A stretch of DNA of 64,000 bases from an uncultured delta proteobacterium (GTDB taxonomy: Bacteria > Desulfobacterota > Desulfobaccia > Desulfobaccales > 0-14-0-80-60-11), in the NCBI GenBank assembly GCA_963709285.1, contig CAVPVR010000009.1, positions 201,063 to 265,062 of the forward strand. The letters run 5' to 3'. Position 1 is the first letter of the stretch; each line of letters begins with the position of its first letter. The translations under genes and the position numbers were made by a program. Positions 20,547 to 33,112 of this stretch are shown piece after piece. Below the pieces are notes generated by a model. That model saw nothing but the letters and a program-made list of their open reading frames with translations. It ran no database searches and was not told the DNA's origin.

Positions 20547-20602
20547 CTCGGGGAAATCTGGGGGCCAAAAGTCTCGATACTTAGGGCTGCAAAGGAGGAC
20601 CG

Positions 20603-21220
20603 ATGAAAATCCTGGTGGTTTATTATTCTCTGTACGGGCATGTCCGGCAACTGGCCCTGGCGGTGGCGGAGGGGGTCGCGTCCGTGCCAGGAGTTGAGCT
20701 CGTCCTGCGGCGGGTTCAGGAGTTTGCCGACATCGAGCGGGAGGTCATACCCAACAGCAAACACGCCCTGGAGGTCTGGGAACAGCATAAACATGTTCCC
20801 GTGTGCACCCTGGACGATCTAAAAGCCGCGGACGGCATTCTTTTCGGCACCCCCACCCGCTTCGGCAACATGACGGCCCAGATGAAGCGGTTGTTTGACT
20901 CGGCCGCCCCCCTCTGGCTTGAAGGGGCCCTGGAGGGCAAGCCCGCGGGAGTATTTGTTTCCACCGCCACCACCCACGGTGGCCAGGAGACCACCCCCTT
21001 GACCATGATGGTCCCCCTGCTGCATCTGGGCATGCTGATCGTGGGGGTGCCCTATTCCACACCGGGCATGCTGCATACTGAGGGTCGGGGTGGCTCTCCA
21101 TACGCCTCTTCCACCGTGGCCGGCCCCCGCAATGACCTGAAGCCCACCACGGAAGACCTGGACATTGCCCGGGCTTTAGGGAAACGGGTGGCTGAAATTG
21201 CCCAAAAGCTAAGGGGGTAG
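20603..21220 (+). CDS. wrbA: NAD(P)H:quinone oxidoreductase, WrbA-type flavodoxin-like protein
   Basis: 205 aa. MKILVVYYSLYGHVRQLALAVAEG, GTPTRFGNMTAQMK and TTHGGQETT. Confidence 0.88.
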   Translation: MKILVVYYSLYGHVRQLALAVAEGVASVPGVELVLRRVQEFADIEREVIPNSKHALEVWEQHKHVPVCTLDDLKAADGILFGTPTRFGNMTAQMKRLFDSAAPLWLEGALEGKPAGVFVSTATTHGGQETTPLTMMVPLLHLGMLIVGVPYSTPGMLHTEGRGGSPYASSTVAGPRNDLKPTTEDLDIARALGKRVAEIAQKLRG

Positions 21221-21301
21221 AATTTCTTTTCACCATACTCCCCGGAACATGAACACCATATTGTCTTGAGGGCCGTATGAAAATGGAAAAAACCTGGGTT
21301 T

Positions 21302-21412
21302 CATTCCCCCTCCCCTGGTGGGAGGGGTTAGGGGAGGGGGCTTAGGGAATTAACCTACTGGAACCCCGTTTCTTATTTCCAGCCCCGCCTTGGCCCTCCC
21401 CCATCGAGGAGT
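21302..21412. repeat. G/C-tract REP-like elements
   Basis: CCCCCTCCCCTGGTGGGAGGGGTTAGGGGAGGGGG and CCTTGGCCCTCCCCC; same family style as 29205-29262. Confidence 0.65.
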
Positions 21413-21445
21413 AGGAATTTCTGCCAATTTACTTGTTTTAGAAGG

Positions 21446-21567
21446 CATTGCAAAACCAAGGTTTTTGTCATCCTGAACGAAGTGAAGGATCTTAACCTAT
21501 TGAAAATGCAAGATTCTTCGCTTCGCTCAGAATGACATTCTATAAGAAATTGAAGTTTTGCAATGGC
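21446..21567. repeat. MITE-like palindromic element, family A, copy 3
   Basis: CATTGCAAAACC...GTCATCCTGAACGAAGTGAAGGATC...GATTCTTCGCTTCGCTCAGAATGAC...TTTTGCAATGG. Confidence 0.88.
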
Positions 21568-21603
21568 TTCTAGGAATTTTCCAGAATTCTCGAATTATTT
21601 TAC

Positions 21604-21646
21604 TTGACCCATTATTAGAATCATTTTAAAATAATAATTATTCTAA
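21604..21646 (+). promoter_or_regulatory. Promoter with two Per/Fur-box-like 7-1-7 operators upstream of perR
   Basis: TTGACC (21604), a 17-nt spacer, then TAAAAT (21627). TTAGAATCATTTTAA (21615-21629) and TAATAATTATTCTAA (21632-21646) each differ at 2 positions from TTATAATNATTATAA. Confidence 0.6.
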
Positions 21647-21653
21647 TAAAGCC

Positions 21654-22118
21654 ATGCTTGATCGAGAAAAAGTCATCAGCGAGTTTCAAGGGGCAGGATT
21701 CCGCCTGACTCCCCAGCGCCGGGCCATCCTGGACTATCTGGCCTTAACTGACGTCCACCCCAGCGCACAGCAGATTTTCCAGGAAGTCCAAAAAACCCAC
21801 CCGGATATTAGTTTGGCCACTATCTATAATACTCTGGGGGTGCTCGTGCGTCTGGGCTTTCTGAAAATGCTGGAAATCGAACCGGATAACCGCTATGAGA
21901 CCAATCTGGGTCAGCACATCAACTTGATCTGCGATATCTGCGGGAAAATCCAGGACCTGGAAGGCGACCTTCCCATCAGCCCGGAAGAGGTTATGCACCG
22001 CTCCGGTTTTCAGGTTCTGGACAGCCGCATGGAATATCACGGCGTCTGCCCCGAATGCCGCGTCCGGCAAAGGGCAGTCCCCCCAGGAACTCCCGGTGGC
22101 GAGGCCGAAGCCACCTAA
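21654..22118 (+). CDS. perR: Fur-family repressor, probably peroxide-responsive PerR
   Basis: 154 aa. FRLTPQRRAILDYL...HPSAQQIFQEV...ISLATIYNTLGVLVRLGF, plus two CxxC pairs (CDICG, CPEC). The genomic context, directly upstream of katG, supports PerR. Confidence 0.75.
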   Translation: MLDREKVISEFQGAGFRLTPQRRAILDYLALTDVHPSAQQIFQEVQKTHPDISLATIYNTLGVLVRLGFLKMLEIEPDNRYETNLGQHINLICDICGKIQDLEGDLPISPEEVMHRSGFQVLDSRMEYHGVCPECRVRQRAVPPGTPGGEAEAT

Positions 22119-22198
22119 CCAGGAGGTGTCCACTAGGGAAGAGAAAAAGGAGCCAAATGGGCACTGAATCACAATAGGCAGAGCACCACGGTGGATAA

Positions 22199-24410
<2,212 letters not shown>

Positions 24411-24640
24411 TCGTAGCATAAACGTCTTTGAGGGCTTCAAAGGCGTATGCTGAACTGCAAATCGGCTGATCAGAAAGCGATAACCGCCAGGCTGGGTTTG
24501 GCTTAAAATTAAAGTAATAATGTTAACGCCCGGAGTCTAAAACTCCGGGCCAGGGGAGGGAGGGGCAGATAGTCTCCTGCTTCTCCCTTCAGGTAACCAG
24601 AATTGGCAGACATATTCCCGAGAGGGAAGGAGGGCTGGCC

Positions 24641-26080
24641 ATGAAACTGAGTCGAAACCTTTTTTGGATTCTGTTAGGCGGACTCTTGAGCGTTGGCCTC
24701 ATTTTGGGCACCGTGGTTTCCCATGCAGCCAAAGAAAAAGCCAAAGAAAAGGGTGCGTCCAAGGAGGAGCAGAAAGTAACCAGCTATGCTCCCGTGGTCA
24801 TTAAAGAGAAGTTTGCCACGATTTTTGAACGCATGAAAGCAGAGAAACCCAAAGTCATGGCTCGCCAGAAGGCTCTTTTGGAGGAGCGCTATGATTTAGG
24901 TAACCGGGCCGCCAAAGGTGTTACCATGACCCGGGGCAAGCCGGTCCAGGAAGGAGTCCGGGCCAAGCTTCCCAAGGGCGTGACCTGGGAGAAACTGGGC
25001 GCCATGAGCCCGGAGGAGATCAAGGAAAAGGGGTGGTGGCCCAAAGGATTTTTGCCTTTGCCCCATCCCAATCACCCAGAAGGAGGTATGGTCTTCCCCA
25101 AATTCCATATTGAAGAAATCAACCAGCAAGAAGCTCGGGACCTGACCCGCTTTGATTTGGATTACGATCTTCCGGATCTCTTTCTGCCGGAATTTCCCCC
25201 GGCTATCTTTCTCACCACCCGCCCTGACCTGGGAGATGTCTCTCAAGGCAAGCTGGTAACCATCATGAATCATTTTGACCTCTTTAACGGCATTTTGAAT
25301 CCCAAGCAATTGGAAGGCCTGCGCCTCCTGGTCACCCCTTTCCCGCAACAACAGTTTAATCAGACGGACGACCGCCGTTCCGAAAAGCCCAGCCGGGGGG
25401 TAACCTGCTTTGATTGCCATGTTAACGGCCATACCAATGCTGCCACCCATCTGGTGGGGGATATCAGACCTCAGGAGTTCCGACACCGCATCGATACGCC
25501 AAGCTTGCGAGGGGTGAATATCCAACGCCTTTTCGGTTCACAGCGGGCCTTAAAGACCATCGAGGACTTTACTGAATTCGAGCAGCGAGCCGCCTATTTC
25601 GATGGTGACCCGGTGATCGCCACGAAGAAAGGGGTTAACATCCTGGAGCGCGGGAGCCAGGTGCATTTTATGGCTGAATTTCAGGCGTTGCTGGATTTTC
25701 CGCCGGCTCCCAAGTTAAATATCTACGGCATGTTAGACCCCAAAAAAGCCAGCAAAGAAGAGCTCCGGGGCCAGGAGGTGTTCTTTGGCAAGGCCAAGTG
25801 TGCCGAGTGTCATAAACCGCCCTATTACACGGACAATATGATGCACAATCTGCGCACCGAGCGGTTCTTTAAACCCCAGATGGTCAATGGCCGCATGGCC
25901 TCCATGGACGGTCCCATCAAAACCTTTCCCTTGCGGGGCATCAAGGATTCACCTCCGTACCTGCACGACGGCCGCTTGCTGACCCTCGAGGACACGGTGG
26001 AGTTCTTCAACCTGGTCCAGGAGCTGAATTTGAGCGACCAGGAGAAAAAAGACCTGGTAGTCTTTATGCGAGCCCTCTAA
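24641..26080 (+). CDS. Di-haem cytochrome c peroxidase / MauG-family protein with N-terminal membrane anchor or signal
   Basis: 479 aa. Two CxxCH motifs (CFDCH, CAECH). TPSLRGV and PLRGIKDSPPYLHDGRLLTLEDTVEFF resemble CCP family signatures. Hydrophobic N-terminus. Confidence 0.8.
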   Translation: MKLSRNLFWILLGGLLSVGLILGTVVSHAAKEKAKEKGASKEEQKVTSYAPVVIKEKFATIFERMKAEKPKVMARQKALLEERYDLGNRAAKGVTMTRGKPVQEGVRAKLPKGVTWEKLGAMSPEEIKEKGWWPKGFLPLPHPNHPEGGMVFPKFHIEEINQQEARDLTRFDLDYDLPDLFLPEFPPAIFLTTRPDLGDVSQGKLVTIMNHFDLFNGILNPKQLEGLRLLVTPFPQQQFNQTDDRRSEKPSRGVTCFDCHVNGHTNAATHLVGDIRPQEFRHRIDTPSLRGVNIQRLFGSQRALKTIEDFTEFEQRAAYFDGDPVIATKKGVNILERGSQVHFMAEFQALLDFPPAPKLNIYGMLDPKKASKEELRGQEVFFGKAKCAECHKPPYYTDNMMHNLRTERFFKPQMVNGRMASMDGPIKTFPLRGIKDSPPYLHDGRLLTLEDTVEFFNLVQELNLSDQEKKDLVVFMRAL

Positions 26081-26093
26081 AACAGAGGAGTCA

Positions 26094-26306
26094 ATGGAAA
26101 AGGAGAAGGCGATGGAAGAGAAAAAAGTTATGGTCTGTACGTGTGACAAGTGCGGCAATGAGGCCGAGATGACCATCAAGTGTGAAGAAGTGGTGGTGCA
26201 GGAAAAGTCTCCCGAGCCTGCCCCTCCGCCCCAACCCCAACAGGTCAAACGCAGCCTCGTTTGCACGAGTTGCGGCAATGAAGCCGATATGATCGTAGAT
26301 CTATAA
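26094..26306 (+). CDS. Small protein with duplicated Cys knuckle (probable Zn ribbon)
   Basis: 70 aa, with GAGGAG RBS 13 nt after the ccp stop. VCTCDKCGNEAEMTI and VCTSCGNEADMIV are separated by the Pro-rich linker SPEPAPPPQPQQ. Confidence 0.6.
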   Translation: MEKEKAMEEKKVMVCTCDKCGNEAEMTIKCEEVVVQEKSPEPAPPPQPQQVKRSLVCTSCGNEADMIVDL

Positions 26307-26325
26307 GATTCAAAGATCATGAAAA

Positions 26326-26364
26326 GCAAAGGAGTGTCAAAGAGAGACGCTCCTTTGCCTTTTA
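26326..26364 (+). terminator. Rho-independent terminator
   Basis: GCAAAGGAG...CTCCTTTGC stem followed by CTTTTAT, 20 nt after the stop of 26094..26306. Confidence 0.7.
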
Positions 26365-26502
26365 TGGGACGGCTGAAAAACCCACGCCTGTTCTTCTTCT
26401 AAATCCAACCCAAAACCTGTCCCAGGTTCTCCGAACTTAACCCCCCGGGGAAAAATTCCCTCCAGGGGTAGCTAACCAGAGAAAATTTGATACATTTGGT
26501 AA

Positions 26503-27198
26503 ATGATATTGAGAACATCAAAGTTTGCCCTACCGGCCATGGTCCTGGTCCTGGCCGTGCTGCTGTGGTCCTGGCCCGCCGCGGCGCAACCGACTGCGGA
26601 CCCCTCTGAGATCATGGCCACGGTCCAGGAAAAGTACGACCAGGCCGGGAGCTTCAAGACCTGGTTCCGCCAGGAAACCCGCCAGCAAGGGGCGGCCCAG
26701 GGGGATAACGCGTCAGGGGTCTTGTATTTTCAAAGGCCCAGCCGCATGCGCTGGCAATACCAAAGCCCGGCGGACCAGAAAAAAGAGGTGATTTCGGACG
26801 GACAACAGGTGTGGATCTATATCCCCGATGACGCCCTGGTCCTGGTCTATCCCCTGAACCAGGTAATGCGCTCTGATCTGGTGCTGCGCTTCTTTTCCGG
26901 CATCGGCGAGGTGCGCCAGGATTTTCAACTCTCCTGGCAGCGCCCCCCTGAGCCCGGGGGCAAATATGTCATCAAGCTGATACCCCGCCAGCCCCAGGCG
27001 GAACTGCAACGCCTCATCCTGACCATCGACCCCCATACCTCTATAGTGGAACGCCTGGAGTTTAGTAACGCCTTGGGGGAGACGACCCGCTTCGCCTTTT
27101 CCGGGACCAAACTGGGGGTCAAGCAACCCCAACGTTTTTTCACCTTCACCCCACCGCCGGGGGTGCAAATAGTCAGGGAAGCTCCCGAGTCCCGGTAA
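26503..27198 (+). CDS. lolA: Outer-membrane lipoprotein carrier protein LolA-like
   Basis: 231 aa. Signal peptide, then FKTWFRQETR...GVLYFQRPSRMRWQYQSP...ISDGQQVWIYIPD, typical of the LolA fold family. Confidence 0.8.
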   Translation: MILRTSKFALPAMVLVLAVLLWSWPAAAQPTADPSEIMATVQEKYDQAGSFKTWFRQETRQQGAAQGDNASGVLYFQRPSRMRWQYQSPADQKKEVISDGQQVWIYIPDDALVLVYPLNQVMRSDLVLRFFSGIGEVRQDFQLSWQRPPEPGGKYVIKLIPRQPQAELQRLILTIDPHTSIVERLEFSNALGETTRFAFSGTKLGVKQPQRFFTFTPPPGVQIVREAPESR

Positions 27199-27372
27199 CT
27201 TTTCAGGGAAATGTATTCTATGCAATCCCTCATGGGACTGAGGCTCACCCCGAAATTATGAAAATGTAGCGCCGCCGCCCCCGGCGGCGTGAACCTGGGA
27301 CACCAGGCGATCTTGCCAAGGCTTCACCGGAATTTTTCGGAATAGTATTATAAAGTATAGACTTTGCAGACT

Positions 27373-28287
27373 ATGACCTACACTTCCCAACAACAAGAGG
27401 TGCGAGAGTGGTTGTCCCGGCGGGACGCCATCCTGCTGGCTCACAACTACCAGCCCGGTGAAATCCAGGACATCGCTGACTTTACCGGCGATTCTTTAGC
27501 TTTATCCATCACGGCCTCCCAGACCCCGGCTAAAATCATTGTCTTCGCCGGGGTGCATTTCATGGCCGAAACCGCGGCCATCCTCTGCCCGGACAAGACT
27601 GTGCTCCTGCCCCGCCTGGACGTGGGCTGCTACATGGCGGACACCGTCACCGCCGACAGCCTCAAGGCCCGCAAAGCCGAGCTCCCGGGGGTGCCGGTGG
27701 TCACTTACGTCAACTCCACCGGGGCGGTGAAGGCGGAAAGTGACATTTGCTGCACGTCGGCCAACGCGGTCAAGGTGGTCAATTCCCTGCCCGCTCCCCG
27801 GGTGCTGATGGTGCCGGACAAAAACCTGGCCCTCTACACTGCCCGGCATACGGACAAGGAGGTGCTCACCTGGGCGGGCTGCTGCAATATCCACGACGCG
27901 CTCACGGCCCAGGAGGTCCTCGACGCCAAGGCCGCCCATCCCCAGGCGGTATTTATAGCCCACCCGGAGTGCCGCCCCGAAGTCCTGGACCTGGCGGACG
28001 CGGTCCGCAGCACCACCGGCATGCTGGAATTCGCCCGGCAGGCCGAGGCCCGGGAGTTCATCATCGGCACCGAAATGGGCATCCTGCACACCTTACACAA
28101 GGAAAACCCCGGCAAAGCCTTCTTGTCGCCCTCCCCTAACCTCATCTGCCCCGACATGAAGCGCATCACCCTGGACGACCTTATCAGTGCGCTCAAGGAA
28201 AACCGCCACCACATCACCATTCCCGAGGATATGCGACGGCGGGCCCTGCTGGCGGTGGAGCGCATGCTGGCCGTGCCCCGGGACTAA
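27373..28287 (+). CDS. nadA: Quinolinate synthase
   Basis: The ORF opens at TTG 27364; ATG 27373 is likely. Motifs LLAHNYQPGEIQDIADFTGDSL, GVHFMAETA, YVNSTGAVKAESDICCTSANA and HPEC. Confidence 0.92.
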   Translation: MTYTSQQQEVREWLSRRDAILLAHNYQPGEIQDIADFTGDSLALSITASQTPAKIIVFAGVHFMAETAAILCPDKTVLLPRLDVGCYMADTVTADSLKARKAELPGVPVVTYVNSTGAVKAESDICCTSANAVKVVNSLPAPRVLMVPDKNLALYTARHTDKEVLTWAGCCNIHDALTAQEVLDAKAAHPQAVFIAHPECRPEVLDLADAVRSTTGMLEFARQAEAREFIIGTEMGILHTLHKENPGKAFLSPSPNLICPDMKRITLDDLISALKENRHHITIPEDMRRRALLAVERMLAVPRD

Positions 28288-28361
28288 CAACCTGCTGCGT
28301 AAATTCACCTCATTTTCTCTTCTCAGGGTAATTCTTTCTGGCCAATAAGCCGATATAACAA

Positions 28362-28658
28362 TTGGCCTGCTTTTTGCTTCTACTCCCAGGTAAGATTGTT
28401 AAGGCAAAGACTTTTTCAGACCCTTTTGCCAGATTGGTGCAGCTCATGGAACCCGACAAGGCTTTATTCGACATCAGGCGCTCTCTTCACGAACTGGCCC
28501 AACCTCTGGCCGCGGTTACCGGGATTGTGGATCTGATGCTCCTGGAACAGGTAGGAGACTCCCCCCTCTACGAGGACATCCAATTGATCAATGAAAGGCT
28601 GGAAAAGGTCCTGGAAATTGTGGCCCACATCCAGTCCGTAACCCGGGCTGCCACCTGA
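28362..28658 (+). CDS. Stand-alone HisKA-like (DHp) domain protein
   Basis: LHELAQPLAAVTGIVDLMLLE looks like an H-box, followed by a second helix YEDIQLINERLEKVLEIVAHIQ. No ATPase domain. TTG start at 28362, or ATG 28446 (about 70 aa). Confidence 0.5.
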   Translation: MACFLLLLPGKIVKAKTFSDPFARLVQLMEPDKALFDIRRSLHELAQPLAAVTGIVDLMLLEQVGDSPLYEDIQLINERLEKVLEIVAHIQSVTRAAT

Positions 28659-29039
28659 GGGCCACTGCATTTGAGAAGAGAGTTTATTACGGGCTTGGGT
28701 TTTAAGCATGGTGTTTCCTTTCTCCTTTCCTCCATGGCCAGGGGCGGCTCCAGGGTCGCCCCTGTGTAACTCCGGTCTATGGGAGGAGTTTGATAACCAT
28801 AGTTTAATTTTTTCATGATGCACCACCCCATGAACCAACCCGGTTTGCGATTCCATCTTGACGCCTCTCCCTAAAACGCCATATCATAATTAAGCTGCGA
28901 TGTTGGTCCGCCGGGAAAAGCCAGGGTTTCCTCGGTAATGCTGTCTGCCTCGTTTCCTCTACTGGGGAAATTTTTGCCGCCTCAAGAGAAGCGGGTTCCA
29001 GAGTGCGACCACCCTCGGGCACGGCAACGACCTAAAACC

Positions 29040-29158
29040 TATTGCAAAACCGATTCTTTTGTCATCCTGAACGAAGTGAAGGATCCAAACCCATTGAAAA
29101 GGCAAGATTCTTCGCTTCGCTCAGAGTGACATTTGGGGAGAATTTGAGGTTTGGCAAC
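29040..29158. repeat. MITE-like palindromic element, family A, copy 4
   Basis: TATTGCAAAACCG...GTCATCCTGAACGAAGTGAAGGATC...GATTCTTCGCTTCGCTCAGAGTGAC...GGTTTGGCAACAG. Confidence 0.88.
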
Positions 29159-29204
29159 AGCTTCTAGTGTTGTGTTTCAGAAATACCTTGAAAAAGTATT
29201 TGAT

Positions 29205-29262
29205 GTCGGGAGGGGATATTTTCCTCCCCCTTGATGGGGGAGGGTTTGGGTGGGGGTGAATA
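29205..29262. repeat. G/C-tract REP-like element
   Basis: GGGAGGGGATATTTTCCTCCCCCTTGATGGGGGAGGGTTTGGGTGGGGGTG; related to 21302-21350. Confidence 0.65.
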
Positions 29263-29406
29263 AAATATTAGCAATTTACATGGGTTAGACAAAAGAAATT
29301 CTCCCTCCCAATGGAGGAAGGGAAGTAATCGACTTTGAACATTTTTACAAGTATGTCTGTAACAAAACACTGGCCACAGCAAGATGTATCCACGTTGTTC
29401 CCCTGA

Positions 29407-31446
<2,040 letters not shown>

Positions 31447-31518
31447 GGGGATGGCCGAAAGAGAAGGGCTCCCCCGCCCGGTCCTAAAAATTTCATACTC
31501 ACCCCCCTTTGACCGGGA

Positions 31519-31688
31519 GCACAGGCATCTTGCCTGTGCTGCACAGGCTGGAACCTGTGATCCCGAATTACGGTTGGTAGCACGGGCATCCTGCCCGTGC
31601 CTGGACGGGCTGGAAGCCCGTCCTACCAGGTATATGTAAGGGATTGGGGGAGGGGGTAAGGGTCCGCGACCCCTGGCCCCCTCCCCCA
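31519..31688. repeat. Compound repeat: two REP family C hairpin units plus one family G palindrome
   Basis: ACAGGCATCTTGCCTGTGCTGCACAGGCTGGAACCTGTG, then GCACGGGCATCCTGCCCGTGCCTGGACGGGCTGGAAGCCCGTCC, then TGGGGGAGGGGGTAAGGGTCCGCGACCCCTGGCCCCCTCCCCCA (31645-31688). Confidence 0.85.
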
Positions 31689-31719
31689 CAATCAACACCT
31701 CCATCACAAGGAGCGATCC

Positions 31720-32001
31720 ATGGCAAACTTGGCGCGGGCCCAGGTGCTCATCAGTGGCCGGGTGCAAGGGGTGTTTTACCGGGCCTACACCCGGGATCAG
31801 GCCGTGGCCCGGGGCCTCACGGGCTGGGTGCGCAATCTCCCGGACGGCCGGGTGGTTGCGGTCTTCGAAGGGGACAGGGAAAAAATCGAGAGCATGCTGG
31901 CCTGGTGTCGGGAAGGACCCCCCTACGCGGCAGTGGATGAGGTCCTAACCGACTGGCAGCCCTACCAGGGAGAATTCCAGGAGTTCCGCATTACGTATTG
32001 A
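31720..32001 (+). CDS. acyP: Acylphosphatase
   Basis: 93 aa. VLISGRVQGVFYRAYTRDQAVARGLTGWVRNLPDGRV is the family signature. Confidence 0.9.
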   Translation: MANLARAQVLISGRVQGVFYRAYTRDQAVARGLTGWVRNLPDGRVVAVFEGDREKIESMLAWCREGPPYAAVDEVLTDWQPYQGEFQEFRITY

Positions 32002-32030
32002 CACCGACACGTTCACAGGGAGAGTGGGTC

Positions 32031-32501
32031 ATGGCAGCAGAAGACAAGACCGGGATGCCCCCGGAACAAGTATGGCGCCCCTCGGCCCGGGCTTTTTTAG
32101 TTTACTATGTCGCAATGGCGATCTGTTTTGCAGGTCCTTATACTCGGCCGGACTTACTGCCTCCCTGGTTAGGGTTCCTCTTGGGCCTGGTGGTGTTGGC
32201 GGCGCTGGCGCTCCGAAAATTTGGCCAGGAGTACCGGGCTACTCCCTGGGGGCTCAAACGGGTGGGGTTTTGGCCGGCCGTGGAAGAGGAGATTCCCTGG
32301 CCAGCCGTGGGGGAGATCAAGGTGGAGCGAGGCCTCACCCAAACGCTCCTCAATGCCGGTAATGTCGTTATCCAGGATAAGAATGGCGTTCCTCGCCTGG
32401 GCTGGGAACGCCTGGCCGACCCCAAAGGCGTCAAAGCTGCCCTCGAGGCTAGACGGGCAGCCTTTTTGGAGGGGTCAGGGGAGGAAAGTGGAGTAACTTA
32501 A
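32031..32501 (+). CDS. Membrane protein with bacterial PH-like (YdbS/YdbT, DUF304-type) domain
   Basis: The ORF opens at 31998; ATG 32031 follows AGGGAGAG. Two TM helices, then ...TPWGLKRVGFWPAVEEEIPWPAVGEIKVERGLTQTLLNAGNVVI. Confidence 0.6.
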   Translation: MAAEDKTGMPPEQVWRPSARAFLVYYVAMAICFAGPYTRPDLLPPWLGFLLGLVVLAALALRKFGQEYRATPWGLKRVGFWPAVEEEIPWPAVGEIKVERGLTQTLLNAGNVVIQDKNGVPRLGWERLADPKGVKAALEARRAAFLEGSGEESGVT

Positions 32502-32743
32502 CCTTCCTGGGCCTTCTCCGATGGGGCTTCGTGCTTGCGCTGTTTGACTCCAAAGGCATTGGCCAGCCAGCCAGATAGAAAGCCCAGGATGAAAAAGCCA
32601 AAAATAATGACGGGCTGGGGAAACGGCATAATTTGAAACCCCAGGATATGAATGGGTGGATCCGGATATTGCCAATTCTGCACCGTGAAAATCGCCAGCA
32701 CGGCGCCGATAACCGCCAGAAACAAGGCCTTGAACTTATTCAT
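32498..32743 (-). CDS. Small two-TM membrane protein, LapA/DUF1049-like
   Basis: 81 aa. Two hydrophobic helices with a charged C-terminal tail. The family assignment is tentative. Confidence 0.5.
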   Translation of the reverse strand: MNKFKALFLAVIGAVLAIFTVQNWQYPDPPIHILGFQIMPFPQPVIIFGFFILGFLSGWLANAFGVKQRKHEAPSEKAQEG

Positions 32744-32758
32744 AATCCCCTCGAGTTA

Positions 32759-33112
32759 TTAGTCTTTGAGGTACCGTTTGACGGCACTTTTCAAGTCTTC
32801 CAGGTCAGAGGATTTGACCAGATAATCGTCTGACGCCCAGGTGGCGAAATCCTGCTTGTATTCACCATAAGCGGTGCTCAAGAGCACCGGCAGGCCCGGC
32901 TTTCTTTCCTTGATTTGCCGTAAGGCCTCGATACCGTCCATCTCCGGCATCTTGATGTCCAGGATCACCAGGTCCAGGGGTACGGTCTCCACGATCTCCA
33001 GGGCTTCCCGGCCGTTGGCGGCCGTGTATACTTCGTAACCCTCTTCTTTCAGTTCTTCGCTGTACAGGAGGCGAATGGCCATTTCGTCGTCCGCCACCAG
33101 GATCTTTTTCAT
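32759..33112 (-). CDS. Single-domain response regulator (CheY-like receiver)
   Basis: 117 aa. KILVADDE, LVILDIKMPEMDG, LLSTAY and DDYLVKS. ATGA overlap with the upstream kinase stop. Confidence 0.9.
   Translation of the reverse strand: MKKILVADDEMAIRLLYSEELKEEGYEVYTAANGREALEIVETVPLDLVILDIKMPEMDGIEALRQIKERKPGLPVLLSTAYGEYKQDFATWASDDYLVKSSDLEDLKSAVKRYLKD

Noticed and set aside
24528-24550. The hairpin GCCCGGAG TCTAAAA CTCCGGGC downstream of katG, considered as a terminator.
   Set aside because: No T-run follows it, and it lies 120 nt after the stop codon. This is too weak to call.
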